Source: Lachnospiraceae bacterium (lineage in GTDB: Bacteria > Pseudomonadota > Alphaproteobacteria > RF32 > CAG-239). From it: DNA of 64,000 nt. The translations under genes and the position numbers were made by a program. This document shows positions 29,841 through 40,385 of the stretch, one piece after another (the first letter of the stretch is position 1; every line of letters starts with the position of its first letter). The notes under the pieces are model-generated. The model saw nothing but the letters and a program-made list of their open reading frames with translations. It did no database searches and was not told where the DNA came from. The stretch spans positions 64,746 through 128,745 of the forward strand of contig CAVBCV010000001.1 of NCBI GenBank assembly GCA_963594125.1, read 5' to 3'.

Positions 29841-31073
29841 TTAAATTTCCTTCAGCAAATTAGTGATGGCAACAATTTTTTGTTCGCCGCTGTCTAAATC
29901 TTTTATGGTAACATTGCCGCCCGCAAACTCGTCGGAGCCGATAATTACGGCCTTAAATGCGTTGGCTTTATTGGCTTTTATCATGCGTTTTTTGATATTT
30001 CCGCTGTATCCGTGCTCAACACGGAATCCGGCTTTGCGTAAATCATAAGCAATTTTTAAGGCTGTTTCCGCCATATCATCACCGACCGGAATTACCGCAA
30101 TCGGACGGGTAAGTTCAACATCAGATTCAAGCAGCATAGAAAGGCGTTCAACCCCGCAAGCCCAACCGATACCGGCAACATCGCCGCCGCCCATTTGAGC
30201 AACTAAACCATCATATCTGCCGCCGGCAAGCACAGTGCCCTGAGCGCCGAGTTTATCGGTAGTGAGTTCAAAAACGGTGTGTGAATAATAGTCTAAGCCG
30301 CGAACCAAACGGTTATTAACGCGGTATTTAATATTTAAGAGGTCAAGACCTTTCAGCACCGTATTAAAGAAAGCGGCGGATTCTTCATTTAAGCTGTCAG
30401 CATAAAGAGGAGCTCCGGCAACAATCGCTTTGTCGCATTCTTCTTTAGAATCCAAAATACGCAGCGGGTTTTTGGTTAAGCGATTTTTGCTGTCTTCGGA
30501 TAATTCATCGTAATGCTGCTGTAAATAGCTTACTAATTTTTCACGATAGGCATCGCGGCTTGCGGCATCGCCTAATGAGTTAATTTCAACCGTAACCGCA
30601 CCGGCAAGCCCGAGCTTTTCAAGGAACTCATAAGCCATGGCAATAACTTCAATATCGGCTTGCGGCGAGGCAACGCCCAACATTTCAACTCCGAATTGAG
30701 TAAATTGGCGCTGTCTGCCTTTTTGCGGGCGCTCATAACGGAACATCGGTCCTTGATAGTAAAGCTTAACCGGCAGATTTTGCTGCATGCCTTCAGAAAT
30801 AAAGGAGCGCACAACTCCGGCAGTGCCTTCAGGGCGCAAGGTCAGGCTTTCGCCGCCGCGGTCTTGAAAACAGTACATTTCTTTGGTAACAATGTCAGAC
30901 GTATCGCCCAAATTGCGCGAAAAAACTTCGGTAAATTCAAAAATCGGGGTTTCAATTTCTTCAAAACCGTATTTTTCAACCACTTCTGAGGCGGTAGCAA
31001 TAACTTTTTTAACTTTTCTTTTGGCGGCGCCGTATAAATCATAGGTTCCGCGAACATTTTGTAATTTTGCCAT
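29841..31073 (-). CDS. hisS: Histidyl-tRNA synthetase.
   Basis: 410 aa. Class II motifs (MYCFQDRG ... [16 protein letters not shown]). Confidence 0.93.
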   Translation of the reverse strand: MAKLQNVRGTYDLYGAAKRKVKKVIATASEVVEKYGFEEIETPIFEFTEVFSRNLGDTSDIVTKEMYCFQDRGGESLTLRPEGTAGVVRSFISEGMQQNLPVKLYYQGPMFRYERPQKGRQRQFTQFGVEMLGVASPQADIEVIAMAYEFLEKLGLAGAVTVEINSLGDAASRDAYREKLVSYLQQHYDELSEDSKNRLTKNPLRILDSKEECDKAIVAGAPLYADSLNEESAAFFNTVLKGLDLLNIKYRVNNRLVRGLDYYSHTVFELTTDKLGAQGTVLAGGRYDGLVAQMGGGDVAGIGWACGVERLSMLLESDVELTRPIAVIPVGDDMAETALKIAYDLRKAGFRVEHGYSGNIKKRMIKANKANAFKAVIIGSDEFAGGNVTIKDLDSGEQKIVAITNLLKEI

Positions 31074-31146
31074 GTTTTTTTCCTAATTTATTTAAACAAA
31101 GAAACGGCACAGAAAATCTGAGCCATTTCTTAAAATGAAAGCAGTG

Positions 31147-32022
31147 CTAATGGTTTAAAAATTTATCAAGCGCAATGCCGGTTTGTTTGCGAGGACCGGC
31201 AACTTTGGTTAACTGCCCGTCAATATATACGTCAACATTATAATAACGTCCGATTGATAAGATAAGACCTGTTTTATCGGGCACATTGTATACATAACCT
31301 TTGGGTTTAATGCCGGTGTCATAAACTTTTTGATCATCACGCACTTCAAACCATGATTCGCCGTTAAATTTAAGCACTACGCGGCTATCCGTTGCAATTT
31401 GCGTATCTTCTTCGGCAGCCGGAGTTTCGGTGTAGCTTTCATCTGATACGGTTATTTGATTATCCTCAGCCGGTGTTTCAGTTGCAGATTCCGGCGGAGT
31501 GATAATTTCATTGATGTTTATCTGTTCTTCAGAGGCCGTATCGGAAATTTGCTCTTCATCGGCGGGTTGATATTCATCAATCGGAGTTTCAGCCTTTTTT
31601 GGATAACAACTTAACAACAACCATGCCAGATAAATAAGCACCACGGCAATAATACCGATTAATATTTGGCGCTTGTTGGGGATAGTCAGTTTGGTGTGTT
31701 TTTCAATTACGTTTTTGCCTTTTTTGTTTTGCTCAGCGCTTTTTTGCGGCATAGCCTCAGATTTATAGCACTGAACAATACGGTCGGCATTAAGACCTAA
31801 ATATTCGGCATACGAGCGGATAAAGCCGGTACCGTAAGGAACGGGAGGAAGTTCCTTAAAATTGCTTTCTTCAAGGGCTTTAATGTAAATTTTGCGAATA
31901 CACAAAGCTTTAGATACCGCGTCTAAAGTTTTTTTCTGATTTAAGCGCGTATATTTTAAAAACATACCGACAGTGGTTGCTTCCTCAGCAGCGTTTGGTG
32001 TTTTTTCAGGTTGTTTTTCCAA
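31147..32022 (-). CDS. rodZ: RodZ-like cytoskeleton protein (XRE-type HTH, TM segment, DUF4115-like C-terminus).
   Basis: 291 aa. N-terminal HTH, a mid TM segment ILIGIIAVVLIYLAWLLL, an acidic linker, and a C-terminal beta domain. Confidence 0.65.
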   Translation of the reverse strand: MEKQPEKTPNAAEEATTVGMFLKYTRLNQKKTLDAVSKALCIRKIYIKALEESNFKELPPVPYGTGFIRSYAEYLGLNADRIVQCYKSEAMPQKSAEQNKKGKNVIEKHTKLTIPNKRQILIGIIAVVLIYLAWLLLSCYPKKAETPIDEYQPADEEQISDTASEEQININEIITPPESATETPAEDNQITVSDESYTETPAAEEDTQIATDSRVVLKFNGESWFEVRDDQKVYDTGIKPKGYVYNVPDKTGLILSIGRYYNVDVYIDGQLTKVAGPRKQTGIALDKFLNH

Positions 32023-32071
32023 TTTTCAGCATCCTTTATATAAATTTTTTTATATTAAATCACATTTTTTA

Positions 32072-34315
32072 TCAGATTGCAATACCATGATCATGCGCAT
32101 AAGCAGATAATTGCGGACGCAAAGATCGTTTGGGTGATTTTAATAAAGTTTGCACATAATCAGTAATATCCTGAACGCGCAGAGTGCGAATCATCTTTTT
32201 AACGTTGCCGAAAGCAGAACCGGTCATGGATAGGCGTCTGAAACCTAAGCCGATAAGCACCATAGCCTCTATCGGAGAACCCGCCATTTCGCCGCATACC
32301 GAGCACGGAACACCGGCTTCATCGGCTTTGGTGATTATTTGCTTTAAGGCGCGTAAAAACGGGGCTGATAGAACATCATAGCGGTCAGTAATGCGCGGGT
32401 TGCCGCGATCGCATGCAAACATAAATTGAGCTAAATCGTTGGTGCCGATGGAAATAAAATCAGCATATTTTAACACGTCATCAAGCTGGAAAACGACCGA
32501 TGGAACCTCAATCATTAACCCGACATTGATTTTAGATGGCATCGGCTCGCCTTTTTTGCGCTCTTTTTCAACCTCAATCATTAAAGTTTCTTTGGCGTCT
32601 AAAAACTCTTCCAGACTGGAAATCATCGGGAACATAATATTAAGCTCTTTGTCGGCGGTAACTTTCAAGAATGATTTGAGTTGTTGGCGCAAAATGGCGC
32701 GGCGGTCAAGCGTTATGCGGATTGAGCGCCAACCGATAGCCGGATTATTTTCTTTCATATCGCCCCAATACGGCAAAAGTTTGTCAGACCCTACGTCAAG
32801 GCTGCGGAAAACAACTTTTTTATTACCGGCTTTATCCATTAGTTTTTGATAAAAAGCGGTTTGTTTGGCTACATCGGGCATGGTTTCAGATGACATAAAC
32901 GGTATTTCGGTACGATACAGACCAATACCGTCGCATTTGGTGGAATCTATGTAATCAAAGTCAAAATCAAGACCGACGTTAAGATTTAAACTGATACGAA
33001 TACCGTCAAGGGTTTTATTGGAAAAGCGGCGCAGTTTTTTTAACTGTTCAAGCAAAAGCGCCATATTTTTTTGCTGAGATTTGAACTTTTGCACAATATC
33101 ATCGGGCGGGTTGATGTAAACAAAGCCTTCTTTGCCGTCTATACCAAGCAACTCACCGTCTTTAACGTCCTTAAAAATACCGTTGATTTTGGCGATAACC
33201 GGTATGTTTAGTGCTTTGGCGACAATAGAAACGTGCATAGTCGGAGTGCCGTCTTCCAAAATAAGACCGCGGATTTTTTTGTAATCATAATCCATTAAGT
33301 CAGCCGGACCCATGGTTTGCGCCACAATGATAATGTCTTTTTCGTTGTTGATTTGGTTTAATTTTTTTTCATCGCCGCTTAAAAACAGCCGCAAACGGTC
33401 GGCGACATCACGGAGGTCATGCAAACGTTCTTTTAAGTAAATATCGCTGCTGCCGGAAAGCCGGTTCCACATGTCCTCATAGGCGCGTTCTACCGCGGCT
33501 TCAGCGGTTAAGCCGCCGGAGATATTATCAGATATTTTACGATACCAACCTTTATCGCGCGCAAACATGCGGTATGTTTCTAGAATGTCAGTATGTTCGC
33601 CGATACCAAGCTGCGCCGCGTTGAATTTTTCATCAAGGCTTTTGTTCATTTTTTCTTTGGCGTCTTCAAGGCGGGCAAGCTCTTTGTTAATATCTTCGGC
33701 AAATATTTCAGTAACGGCTTGGCGGCGGCGATGAACAACGGCGTTGCCGATACCGTATCCTTTGTTCAATACCATGCCTTTAAGGTGGTCTTTAAGCTTT
33801 AAACCGCGCGATTTTACCAGCTTTTTTTTGTAAGCTATCATTTCTTCCGATGAAAGGGCGGCGGTTAAAAACATGGCGATGGTTTCAAGCGCTTCGGTAT
33901 CAGCTTGCGAATATGTATGGGGCGATTTGTGAGCAATTACAACAGTGCCGTAAGTGCGGCTCCAACGTAATAGCGGAGCGCCGAGAGCCGATTTAAATAT
34001 ACGCTCGTTTTTGGTATTTTGCGGCTCGTTGTTTTCAGAATAAGATAAAGTTTGCCTACTGGCGGCAATTTCACCTATAAAGCCTTCACCATAACGAATG
34101 TTGCGTTTGTATTGATTTTCAGATAAGCCGTAACTGCATAAAACCTCAAGATATGTGTCATCAACCGCGGTATGGCAAACAGCGGCGTCGGCGTTAAAGC
34201 CATCAGCCAAAATTTGCATAAATTTTGCTAATCTGTCTGCCGGGTCTTGATTTTCAGGCACGGCTTGAAACAGTTTTAGAATTTCCATTGCGGTGTGTTC
34301 GGTGTTGGTTTGCAT
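32072..34315 (-). CDS. ptsP: Phosphoenolpyruvate-protein phosphotransferase PtsP (EI-Ntr: GAF domain plus Enzyme I).
   Basis: 747 aa. N-terminal GAF domain, then the Enzyme I PEP-utilising domain (GGRTSHVAI-like segment TPTMHVSIVAKAL) and a C-terminal TIM barrel. Confidence 0.9.
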   Translation of the reverse strand: MQTNTEHTAMEILKLFQAVPENQDPADRLAKFMQILADGFNADAAVCHTAVDDTYLEVLCSYGLSENQYKRNIRYGEGFIGEIAASRQTLSYSENNEPQNTKNERIFKSALGAPLLRWSRTYGTVVIAHKSPHTYSQADTEALETIAMFLTAALSSEEMIAYKKKLVKSRGLKLKDHLKGMVLNKGYGIGNAVVHRRRQAVTEIFAEDINKELARLEDAKEKMNKSLDEKFNAAQLGIGEHTDILETYRMFARDKGWYRKISDNISGGLTAEAAVERAYEDMWNRLSGSSDIYLKERLHDLRDVADRLRLFLSGDEKKLNQINNEKDIIIVAQTMGPADLMDYDYKKIRGLILEDGTPTMHVSIVAKALNIPVIAKINGIFKDVKDGELLGIDGKEGFVYINPPDDIVQKFKSQQKNMALLLEQLKKLRRFSNKTLDGIRISLNLNVGLDFDFDYIDSTKCDGIGLYRTEIPFMSSETMPDVAKQTAFYQKLMDKAGNKKVVFRSLDVGSDKLLPYWGDMKENNPAIGWRSIRITLDRRAILRQQLKSFLKVTADKELNIMFPMISSLEEFLDAKETLMIEVEKERKKGEPMPSKINVGLMIEVPSVVFQLDDVLKYADFISIGTNDLAQFMFACDRGNPRITDRYDVLSAPFLRALKQIITKADEAGVPCSVCGEMAGSPIEAMVLIGLGFRRLSMTGSAFGNVKKMIRTLRVQDITDYVQTLLKSPKRSLRPQLSAYAHDHGIAI

Positions 34316-34411
34316 CTTGCCTCTGATAAAAGAAAAATTATGCTTGTGATTTATTTATATTCTTTATATTCTGTTTCAGCAAGCATAAATCTTAATTTAT
34401 AAGGAGCAAAA

Positions 34412-34774
34412 ATGGCTAATAATTACAAACGCGGCGATAAAGATACTCGTCCGTGGGGAACGTGGGAAGTTTTGGATTGCGGCGAAACTTTTTGCGTTAA
34501 AAAAATTTGCGTTACTCCGCATAACAAACTTTCGTTGCAATTACACCATCATCGCGGCGAACACTGGATTATTGTAAAAGGCGAAGCCAAGGTGACTTTG
34601 GGTGAAGATATTTTAGTGCGCAAGCAAGACGAATCGGTTTATATTCCGGTAAATACCAAGCACCGAATCCAGAATGATACCGAATCCGATGTTGAATTTA
34701 TTGAAGTTCAGACCGGAGATAAGCTTGATGAAAACGATATTGTGCGGTTTGAAGATATTTACGGACGCATTTAA
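34412..34774 (+). CDS. Cupin-domain protein (mannose-6-phosphate isomerase type II C-terminal-like).
   Basis: 120 aa. Cupin motifs LQLHHHRGEHWIIVKGEAKV and YIPVNTKHRIQN. Confidence 0.7.
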   Translation: MANNYKRGDKDTRPWGTWEVLDCGETFCVKKICVTPHNKLSLQLHHHRGEHWIIVKGEAKVTLGEDILVRKQDESVYIPVNTKHRIQNDTESDVEFIEVQTGDKLDENDIVRFEDIYGRI

Positions 34775-34784
34775 TAAGGTTTGG

Positions 34785-34813
34785 AACCGGAGAATAAAAT
34801 CTCCGGTTTTTTT
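34785..34813 (+). terminator. Rho-independent terminator after the cupin gene.
   Basis: AACCGGAG-AATAAAAT-CTCCGGTT followed by a T7 run. Confidence 0.8.
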
Positions 34814-34912
34814 ATTGTGCATAAGTTTGTTAAAAATTCATTTCATGGTTGCGAATCTGCAAAAGTTAAATAATAGTTAATCTGAAAATTAACTTAATGT
34901 TAAGGATTTGAA

Positions 34913-35314
34913 ATGGATTTTGAAACAGATTATGTAACCGCGCAAAGCGATGATATTGTGATTTCAGCTTGTCAGGCTTTTTTGGAAGAAGATGACGAGA
35001 ATGCCTGCGGTTATTATTTGCGAATTGAGAATAACTCAGATGACAGAATCCAAATTTTGGGTAAAAACTTTAACATTACCGATGACCGAGGAAACAGCTA
35101 TTATGACAATGCTCCGGGGTTTAAGGGCGAGTTGCCGGAGTTAGAACCGGGAGAATATTTTGAGTTTTCAACCAGTGCTCCGATGTTTGCGGCGCAGGCA
35201 GTTCTGTATGGCAGCTTTCAAATTATAAAAGAACATCAAAATCAGATTAAAAGTATTAAAATTCCGCCGGTATCATTAATCGGAAATACCGAAGTTTTAA
35301 CCACACTTAATTAA
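34913..35314 (+). CDS. apaG: ApaG-domain protein.
   Basis: 133 aa. ApaG/DUF525 pattern (YYLRIENNSDDRIQILGKNFNITDDRGN ... LEPGEYFEFSTSAPM). Confidence 0.75.
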   Translation: MDFETDYVTAQSDDIVISACQAFLEEDDENACGYYLRIENNSDDRIQILGKNFNITDDRGNSYYDNAPGFKGELPELEPGEYFEFSTSAPMFAAQAVLYGSFQIIKEHQNQIKSIKIPPVSLIGNTEVLTTLN

Positions 35315-36042
35315 AAAAGTTCTTGCTGAACATTGGTGTTCAAAATTTTCATGGCTTCTTTTACAATCGGAACGGATACGGCTCTTTTGCATGAAAGCGA
35401 GATAGCGTCAATTTCGGCTACCAGTTTTTGCGCGTAAGAAAATGAGCGCTGCATGTTTTGCACAATGTAATTTAATACTTCCGGCGATATAATGATTTGT
35501 CGGTCGTTAAACAGCTTTACGATTAAAGCGGTGAGCATGGCGTCATCAGGTTCGCTGATAGCAACGCTTGGCACAGTGTTTAAGCGTGAGCGTAAATCAG
35601 GGAGCTTAAAATACATTCTGGTCGGCGATTGTTCGGCAGTAAATAAGATATAGCCGCCTTCATTTTGATATAAGTTAAACAAGTGAAACAAAGCTTCGTT
35701 ATCGGCTTTAGGGGTTAAGTTTTCAACCACCAAGCAGGGGTTTTCACGATGGAGCCTTTCCACATTGCGCGCGTTGACGGCAGTTGCCTGAATAATTTGC
35801 ACCGGAATCGGATGTTCACAGCAAGCGGCAACGTGTTCGGCAAATACATGCGCTAAGTGTGATTTGCCGCAACCTTCGGGACCGTATAAAACAATGGCAA
35901 AAAATGGCCAATTCGGCCACATTTCAATCATGCTTAAAGCTTCGCGATTACAATCTGCCACCATAAAATCATCGCGTCCGAAATCGGTACGAGGCTTAAA
36001 TTTTAACGGAAATTGTTTTATTTTAAAATTTGTTGTGCTCAT
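35311..36042 (-). CDS. hdaA: DnaA-regulatory inactivator HdaA (DnaA-homologous AAA+ protein).
   Basis: 243 aa. Walker A LYGPEGCGKSHLAHVF and a DnaA domain III-like layout. Confidence 0.75.
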   Translation of the reverse strand: MSTTNFKIKQFPLKFKPRTDFGRDDFMVADCNREALSMIEMWPNWPFFAIVLYGPEGCGKSHLAHVFAEHVAACCEHPIPVQIIQATAVNARNVERLHRENPCLVVENLTPKADNEALFHLFNLYQNEGGYILFTAEQSPTRMYFKLPDLRSRLNTVPSVAISEPDDAMLTALIVKLFNDRQIIISPEVLNYIVQNMQRSFSYAQKLVAEIDAISLSCKRAVSVPIVKEAMKILNTNVQQELF

Positions 36043-36045
36043 TTT

Positions 36046-38631
36046 TTAATCATTTAACAATTCAAAAACTTTTTTGGTTAAGTCACCTAAACTGTAGGGT
36101 TTGGCAATAAATTTAAATTCCTCGGAACCATTTAGTTTGCGGCGGGCAATTTCTTCCGAATAGCCTGAGGCTAAAATTATTTTGATGTCAGGCAATATTT
36201 GCTTGACTTTTTTAGCCAGATCGGTGCCGTTCATTCCGGGCATAACCATATCGGTAATCATCAAATTAAATTTTTCGCCTTTATTTAATAAATCTAGGGC
36301 GGTTTCGGCGCAGTTGCAAGGGGTGACCTCAAAGCCTTTGCGTTTTAAGGCGCGAAAACCGAATGCTCTGACCGAATCCTCATCTTCAACAAATAAGATT
36401 TTAATTTTTTGCGGATTAATATTTTGCTCGCGATTATGGTCAAGCGCCGAAACATTAAGCCCGAAAATTATTTTAGGCGCTTGTTTAGTTGATGAAGTTA
36501 ATACCGGTATTTGATTATCAGATTCCGGCGTCGGTTTTTCAGGCTCGCTGTCAGAGCTTTCAAAGCGCGGCAGATGAATTGAAAAAGTTGTTCCTTGTCC
36601 GACCGTGCTTTTAACCTTAATAAAGCCTTCGGTTTGGCGGACAATGCCGTAAACAGTTGCCAGACCTAAGCCGGTTCCGGAGCCGACAATGTTTTCTTTG
36701 GTAGAGAAAAACGGTTCAAAAATACGGCTTAAATTTTCAGCCGGAATACCGCAGCCTGTATCTGACACGTCAATAACCACAAAATCACCGGCATCAATGG
36801 TGTCGCCGCCAAATAAATAGGGCTCGTTAAGAGTTTCGGTGTGGGTGGAAATTTTTAAGGTGCCTTTGCCCTGCATGGCGTCACGCGCATTAACCGCTAA
36901 ATTTAAAATTACCTGCTCAAGACGAACTCTGTCAACTTTAACATAACCTAAGTCAGAGCCGTGGTAAAATTCAAGCTTAATATTTTCGCCCAGAGTGCGT
37001 TTTAGCAGCGGGCTGAAGTCAGTTAAACTTTCGGTGATGTCGGTTTTTTTAGGAGTTAAAGACTGTTTACGTGAAAAAGCCAAAAGCTGACTGACTAATG
37101 CGGCAGCGCGGTTGGCGTTTTGTTTGATTTGGGAAAGGTCGGCAAATGACGGGTCGCCAACGCCGTGGCGTTGCAAAAGCAAGTCGCAGAAGCCTATCAT
37201 CGCAGTAAGCAAGTTATTAAAATCGTGCGCTATACCACCGGCGAGCTGACCCATAGCCTGCATTTTTTGAGCTTGGGCGAATCGCTGTTCTAAGTTTTTT
37301 TGCTCGGTAGTATCGGTAATATATAAAATCAGTCCGTCAATACTTTCTTTTTCGGAAAGCATGCGGCGTTGCGGAGTAATATAAATATGGACGCTCTTGC
37401 CGGATTTTAAGGAAGCTTCAGTTTGAATAAGTTCGCGATTTTGCGGGTCTTTGGCAAATCGGGCGTATTCGGTTTGCAATAAAGCGATTGTTTCGGCGGG
37501 CAATAAAGAGGCAAGGTTTAGTTGCTCTTTGTTTTCAGGATCGGTTGCCAGAACTTCGTGAGCTTTAGCGTTGGCAATAACAATGTTATTGTTTGGGTCG
37601 CTGAACACGATTCCGCAAGGAGCCGAGTTAAACAGCCAGTCGGCTTTATCAGTGATGTAATTAAGCTGTTGACGTAAAGTAGCGTCATTAGGCAGATTTT
37701 TTAAGGTGATGCCTCTGATTTTAATTTTATCGTCATCTTTAAAATTGTTCTGCATCACATAAATTTGCGCGGTTTCATCGGTGGCGGTTTTGAACAGCCC
37801 GAATCCAACAAAAGACGGTTTGCGGGAGTTTAGAATGCCGGTATCATGCACGAGCAAGTCTTTTAATGATTTTCCGATTAAATTTTCTTTGAATGATAAG
37901 AGCTGTGCGGCAAAAGTTTCATTTACATATTCAATATTATGCTCTGAATCGACAATATAAATACCGATGGGCATTTGATTGATAAAAGTATGAAGCTTTT
38001 TGCGCTCTTCCTCAAAAGTTTTTTCCATATTTTGGGCGGCGGTAATATCTTTGAGCGACCAGAAAAAGTAGGTTTCTTTTTCAATTTTTTTAATGGAAAA
38101 CTCTTCTTCAAAAATATCGGTCTTTTTTAAGTATATCGGTTTAACGGTGATATTATACCATTTATCTTTGCTATCGGAGCGCAAAGATAAGATAACGCTT
38201 TCAGTTTTAAGGCTTTTAAGCGCGAGTTGCAGACGCTGAAAATTAAGAACATTTTGGCGCTCGTCAACCAGATTGTTTTGCAGTTTTTCCATAATGCCGG
38301 AGCCGCTGAAAAACTGTTTGGCGGGAGCGTTTTCAATTATCGGCTCGCCGCCGGAATTATCTATGCGGTTAATTACTTCGCGGCTGCTTAAAATTTCGTT
38401 GGCGAATCCGCCGTAAGTAATTGCTTCTTCGCTGGCTTTCATAATTTTGATGGAAATACAAATGCAAATTATGGTAATCAGCAAAATCAGCAAGATGATG
38501 TATACGGAATATTGTGGGTAAATAAACAACATCAGCAGGCTGACCGCCAACGAGACAATGGCGTATACTAAAGCGCTCAACGCTTTTTCAAGTTGACGGT
38601 CAGGACGGTTAATGTTGCTTTTACTTAACAT
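36046..38631 (-). CDS. cckA: Hybrid sensor histidine kinase/response regulator with PAS domains, CckA-like.
   Basis: 861 aa. Two N-terminal TM segments and PAS repeats. H-box [21 protein letters not shown], HATPase motifs DTGCGIP and GTGLGLATV, and a C-terminal REC domain ([12 protein letters not shown] ... [11 protein letters not shown]). It lies 3 bp upstream of hdaA on the same strand. Confidence 0.65.
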   Translation of the reverse strand: MLSKSNINRPDRQLEKALSALVYAIVSLAVSLLMLFIYPQYSVYIILLILLITIICICISIKIMKASEEAITYGGFANEILSSREVINRIDNSGGEPIIENAPAKQFFSGSGIMEKLQNNLVDERQNVLNFQRLQLALKSLKTESVILSLRSDSKDKWYNITVKPIYLKKTDIFEEEFSIKKIEKETYFFWSLKDITAAQNMEKTFEEERKKLHTFINQMPIGIYIVDSEHNIEYVNETFAAQLLSFKENLIGKSLKDLLVHDTGILNSRKPSFVGFGLFKTATDETAQIYVMQNNFKDDDKIKIRGITLKNLPNDATLRQQLNYITDKADWLFNSAPCGIVFSDPNNNIVIANAKAHEVLATDPENKEQLNLASLLPAETIALLQTEYARFAKDPQNRELIQTEASLKSGKSVHIYITPQRRMLSEKESIDGLILYITDTTEQKNLEQRFAQAQKMQAMGQLAGGIAHDFNNLLTAMIGFCDLLLQRHGVGDPSFADLSQIKQNANRAAALVSQLLAFSRKQSLTPKKTDITESLTDFSPLLKRTLGENIKLEFYHGSDLGYVKVDRVRLEQVILNLAVNARDAMQGKGTLKISTHTETLNEPYLFGGDTIDAGDFVVIDVSDTGCGIPAENLSRIFEPFFSTKENIVGSGTGLGLATVYGIVRQTEGFIKVKSTVGQGTTFSIHLPRFESSDSEPEKPTPESDNQIPVLTSSTKQAPKIIFGLNVSALDHNREQNINPQKIKILFVEDEDSVRAFGFRALKRKGFEVTPCNCAETALDLLNKGEKFNLMITDMVMPGMNGTDLAKKVKQILPDIKIILASGYSEEIARRKLNGSEEFKFIAKPYSLGDLTKKVFELLND

Positions 38632-38687
38632 GTAGTTTTACCAAATAAGCTGGCAACCGAAAATTCGGCTGCCCGATGTAAATTTAA

Positions 38688-40307
38688 TTAAGTTGTAACG
38701 TCAGCCTTGGTTTTGCCGGTACGTTTGCTGATTTCGGCAATGTCAGAAGCAATTTGCGCAATCGGCTCTAACATGGCGAGAGGTTCGGCGTTAAGGTTTT
38801 TAGTTTCATAAACCTCAAGATAAACGCGCAGCGTTGCGCCGTTAGTGCCGGTTCCGGATAAGCGGTAAACAATGCGCGAACCGTCGGCAAAACGTATAAT
38901 TAAGCCGTTTTTGGTGGAGCTACCGTCAACGGGGTCGTTGTATATGAATGGCGCGGCATCAGAAACTTTGTAATTGCCGAAAGTTTTGCCGTTCAGGCTT
39001 GGCAGTTTGGCTTCTAAATCAGCCATGAGCTTATCGGCAACATTGGTGTCAATGCCTTCATAATCAAAGCGCAAGTAGTAGCTGCGACCGTATTTCTGCC
39101 AAAAATCGCGGGTGATTTGTTCAACCGATTTTCCGGTGGCGGCAATAATGTTTAACCAGAACAAAACTGCCCAAATACCGTCCTTTTCACGGATATGGCT
39201 GGAGCCGGTGCCAAAGCTTTCCTCACCGCAGAAGGTGATGCGGTTGGAATCCATAAGGTTGCAAAAATACTTCCAACCGGTCGGAACCTCATAGTAGCCG
39301 ATGTTTAAGGCTTTAGCCACGCGTGATACGGCGGTTGAAGTGGCGGCGGATTTAGCCACGCCGTAAATGCCGTTTTTGTATGCCGGAATATATTTGTAAT
39401 TGTCGGTTAAAATAGCAAGGCTGTCGCTCGGGGTAACAAAAAATTTGTGTCCCAAAATCATGTTACGGTCGCCGTCGCCGTCATTAGCGGCGCCAAAGTC
39501 AGGACCATTGTCAGAATACATAAAGTCAACCAGATTTTTGGCGTAAATCAAGTTCGGGTCAGGGTGCAAGCCGCCAAAATCCGGCTTAGGAATAAAGTTG
39601 CGAACGGAGCCTTTCGGCGCGCCTAAAACTTCTTCAAAAATTTTGAGAGCATAAGGACCTGTAACGGCGTTCATGGCGTCAAACACCATGGTAAAGCCGC
39701 TTTTGAAAAGTTTTTTAATGGCGTCAAAGTCAAAAATGCTTTCCATCATTTCAGTATAAACGCTAATCGGGTCAATAACTTCAATTTCCATATCGCCGAG
39801 TTTTTGCGTGCCTAAATTTTGCAGGTTGACGTCGGGGGCATCAAAAGTTTTAAAAGATGAAATTTCTTTGGTGCGGGCGTAAATCGCATCGCTGATTTTG
39901 GAAGAGCATTGTCCGCCGCTTTTGGTGGCGTATTTAATGCCGAAATCGCCGTTTTCACCGCCGGGATTGTGCGAGGCGGAGAGAACCAAACCGCCGTCAG
40001 CATGATTTTTTAACAAAACCTTTGATGAGGCAGGGGTTGAAATCATGCCGTTTTGACCGATGATTAATTTTTTCATACCATTAGCGGCGGCAAGTTTGAT
40101 AATTTTTTGAATGGCAATGTCGTTATAATAACGACCGTCGCCGCCCAAAACAAAAGTTTGTCCTTTTACGCCGCCGATGGCGTCAAATAAGCTTTGAATA
40201 AAGTTTTCAAGATAGTTCGGTTGGGAAACGATTTTAGATTTTTTACGAATACCGGCCGTTCCCATTTTTTGGTCGGTATAAGGCGTTGTCGCAATAGTTT
40301 TTATCAT
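38688..40307 (-). CDS. pgm: Phosphoglucomutase (alpha-D-glucose phosphate-specific).
   Basis: 539 aa. Active-site serine loop SASHNPGGENG and metal loop DGDGDRN. Confidence 0.9.
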   Translation of the reverse strand: MIKTIATTPYTDQKMGTAGIRKKSKIVSQPNYLENFIQSLFDAIGGVKGQTFVLGGDGRYYNDIAIQKIIKLAAANGMKKLIIGQNGMISTPASSKVLLKNHADGGLVLSASHNPGGENGDFGIKYATKSGGQCSSKISDAIYARTKEISSFKTFDAPDVNLQNLGTQKLGDMEIEVIDPISVYTEMMESIFDFDAIKKLFKSGFTMVFDAMNAVTGPYALKIFEEVLGAPKGSVRNFIPKPDFGGLHPDPNLIYAKNLVDFMYSDNGPDFGAANDGDGDRNMILGHKFFVTPSDSLAILTDNYKYIPAYKNGIYGVAKSAATSTAVSRVAKALNIGYYEVPTGWKYFCNLMDSNRITFCGEESFGTGSSHIREKDGIWAVLFWLNIIAATGKSVEQITRDFWQKYGRSYYLRFDYEGIDTNVADKLMADLEAKLPSLNGKTFGNYKVSDAAPFIYNDPVDGSSTKNGLIIRFADGSRIVYRLSGTGTNGATLRVYLEVYETKNLNAEPLAMLEPIAQIASDIAEISKRTGKTKADVTT

Positions 40308-40385
40308 GTTCCTATTCCTTTTAACGTTAATAATACCCTGATAGAAGATATAATGCCTTAAAAGATTTTACAGGTAAAGCAAAAT

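Noticed and set aside
38652-38673. The GGCAACCGAAAATTCGGCTGCC palindrome between pgm and the cckA-like gene, considered as a regulatory site.
   Set aside because: The simplest explanation is an intrinsic-terminator hairpin for pgm: a 10-bp stem with one mismatch and a minimal loop. It was not listed as a feature because the T-tract is weak.
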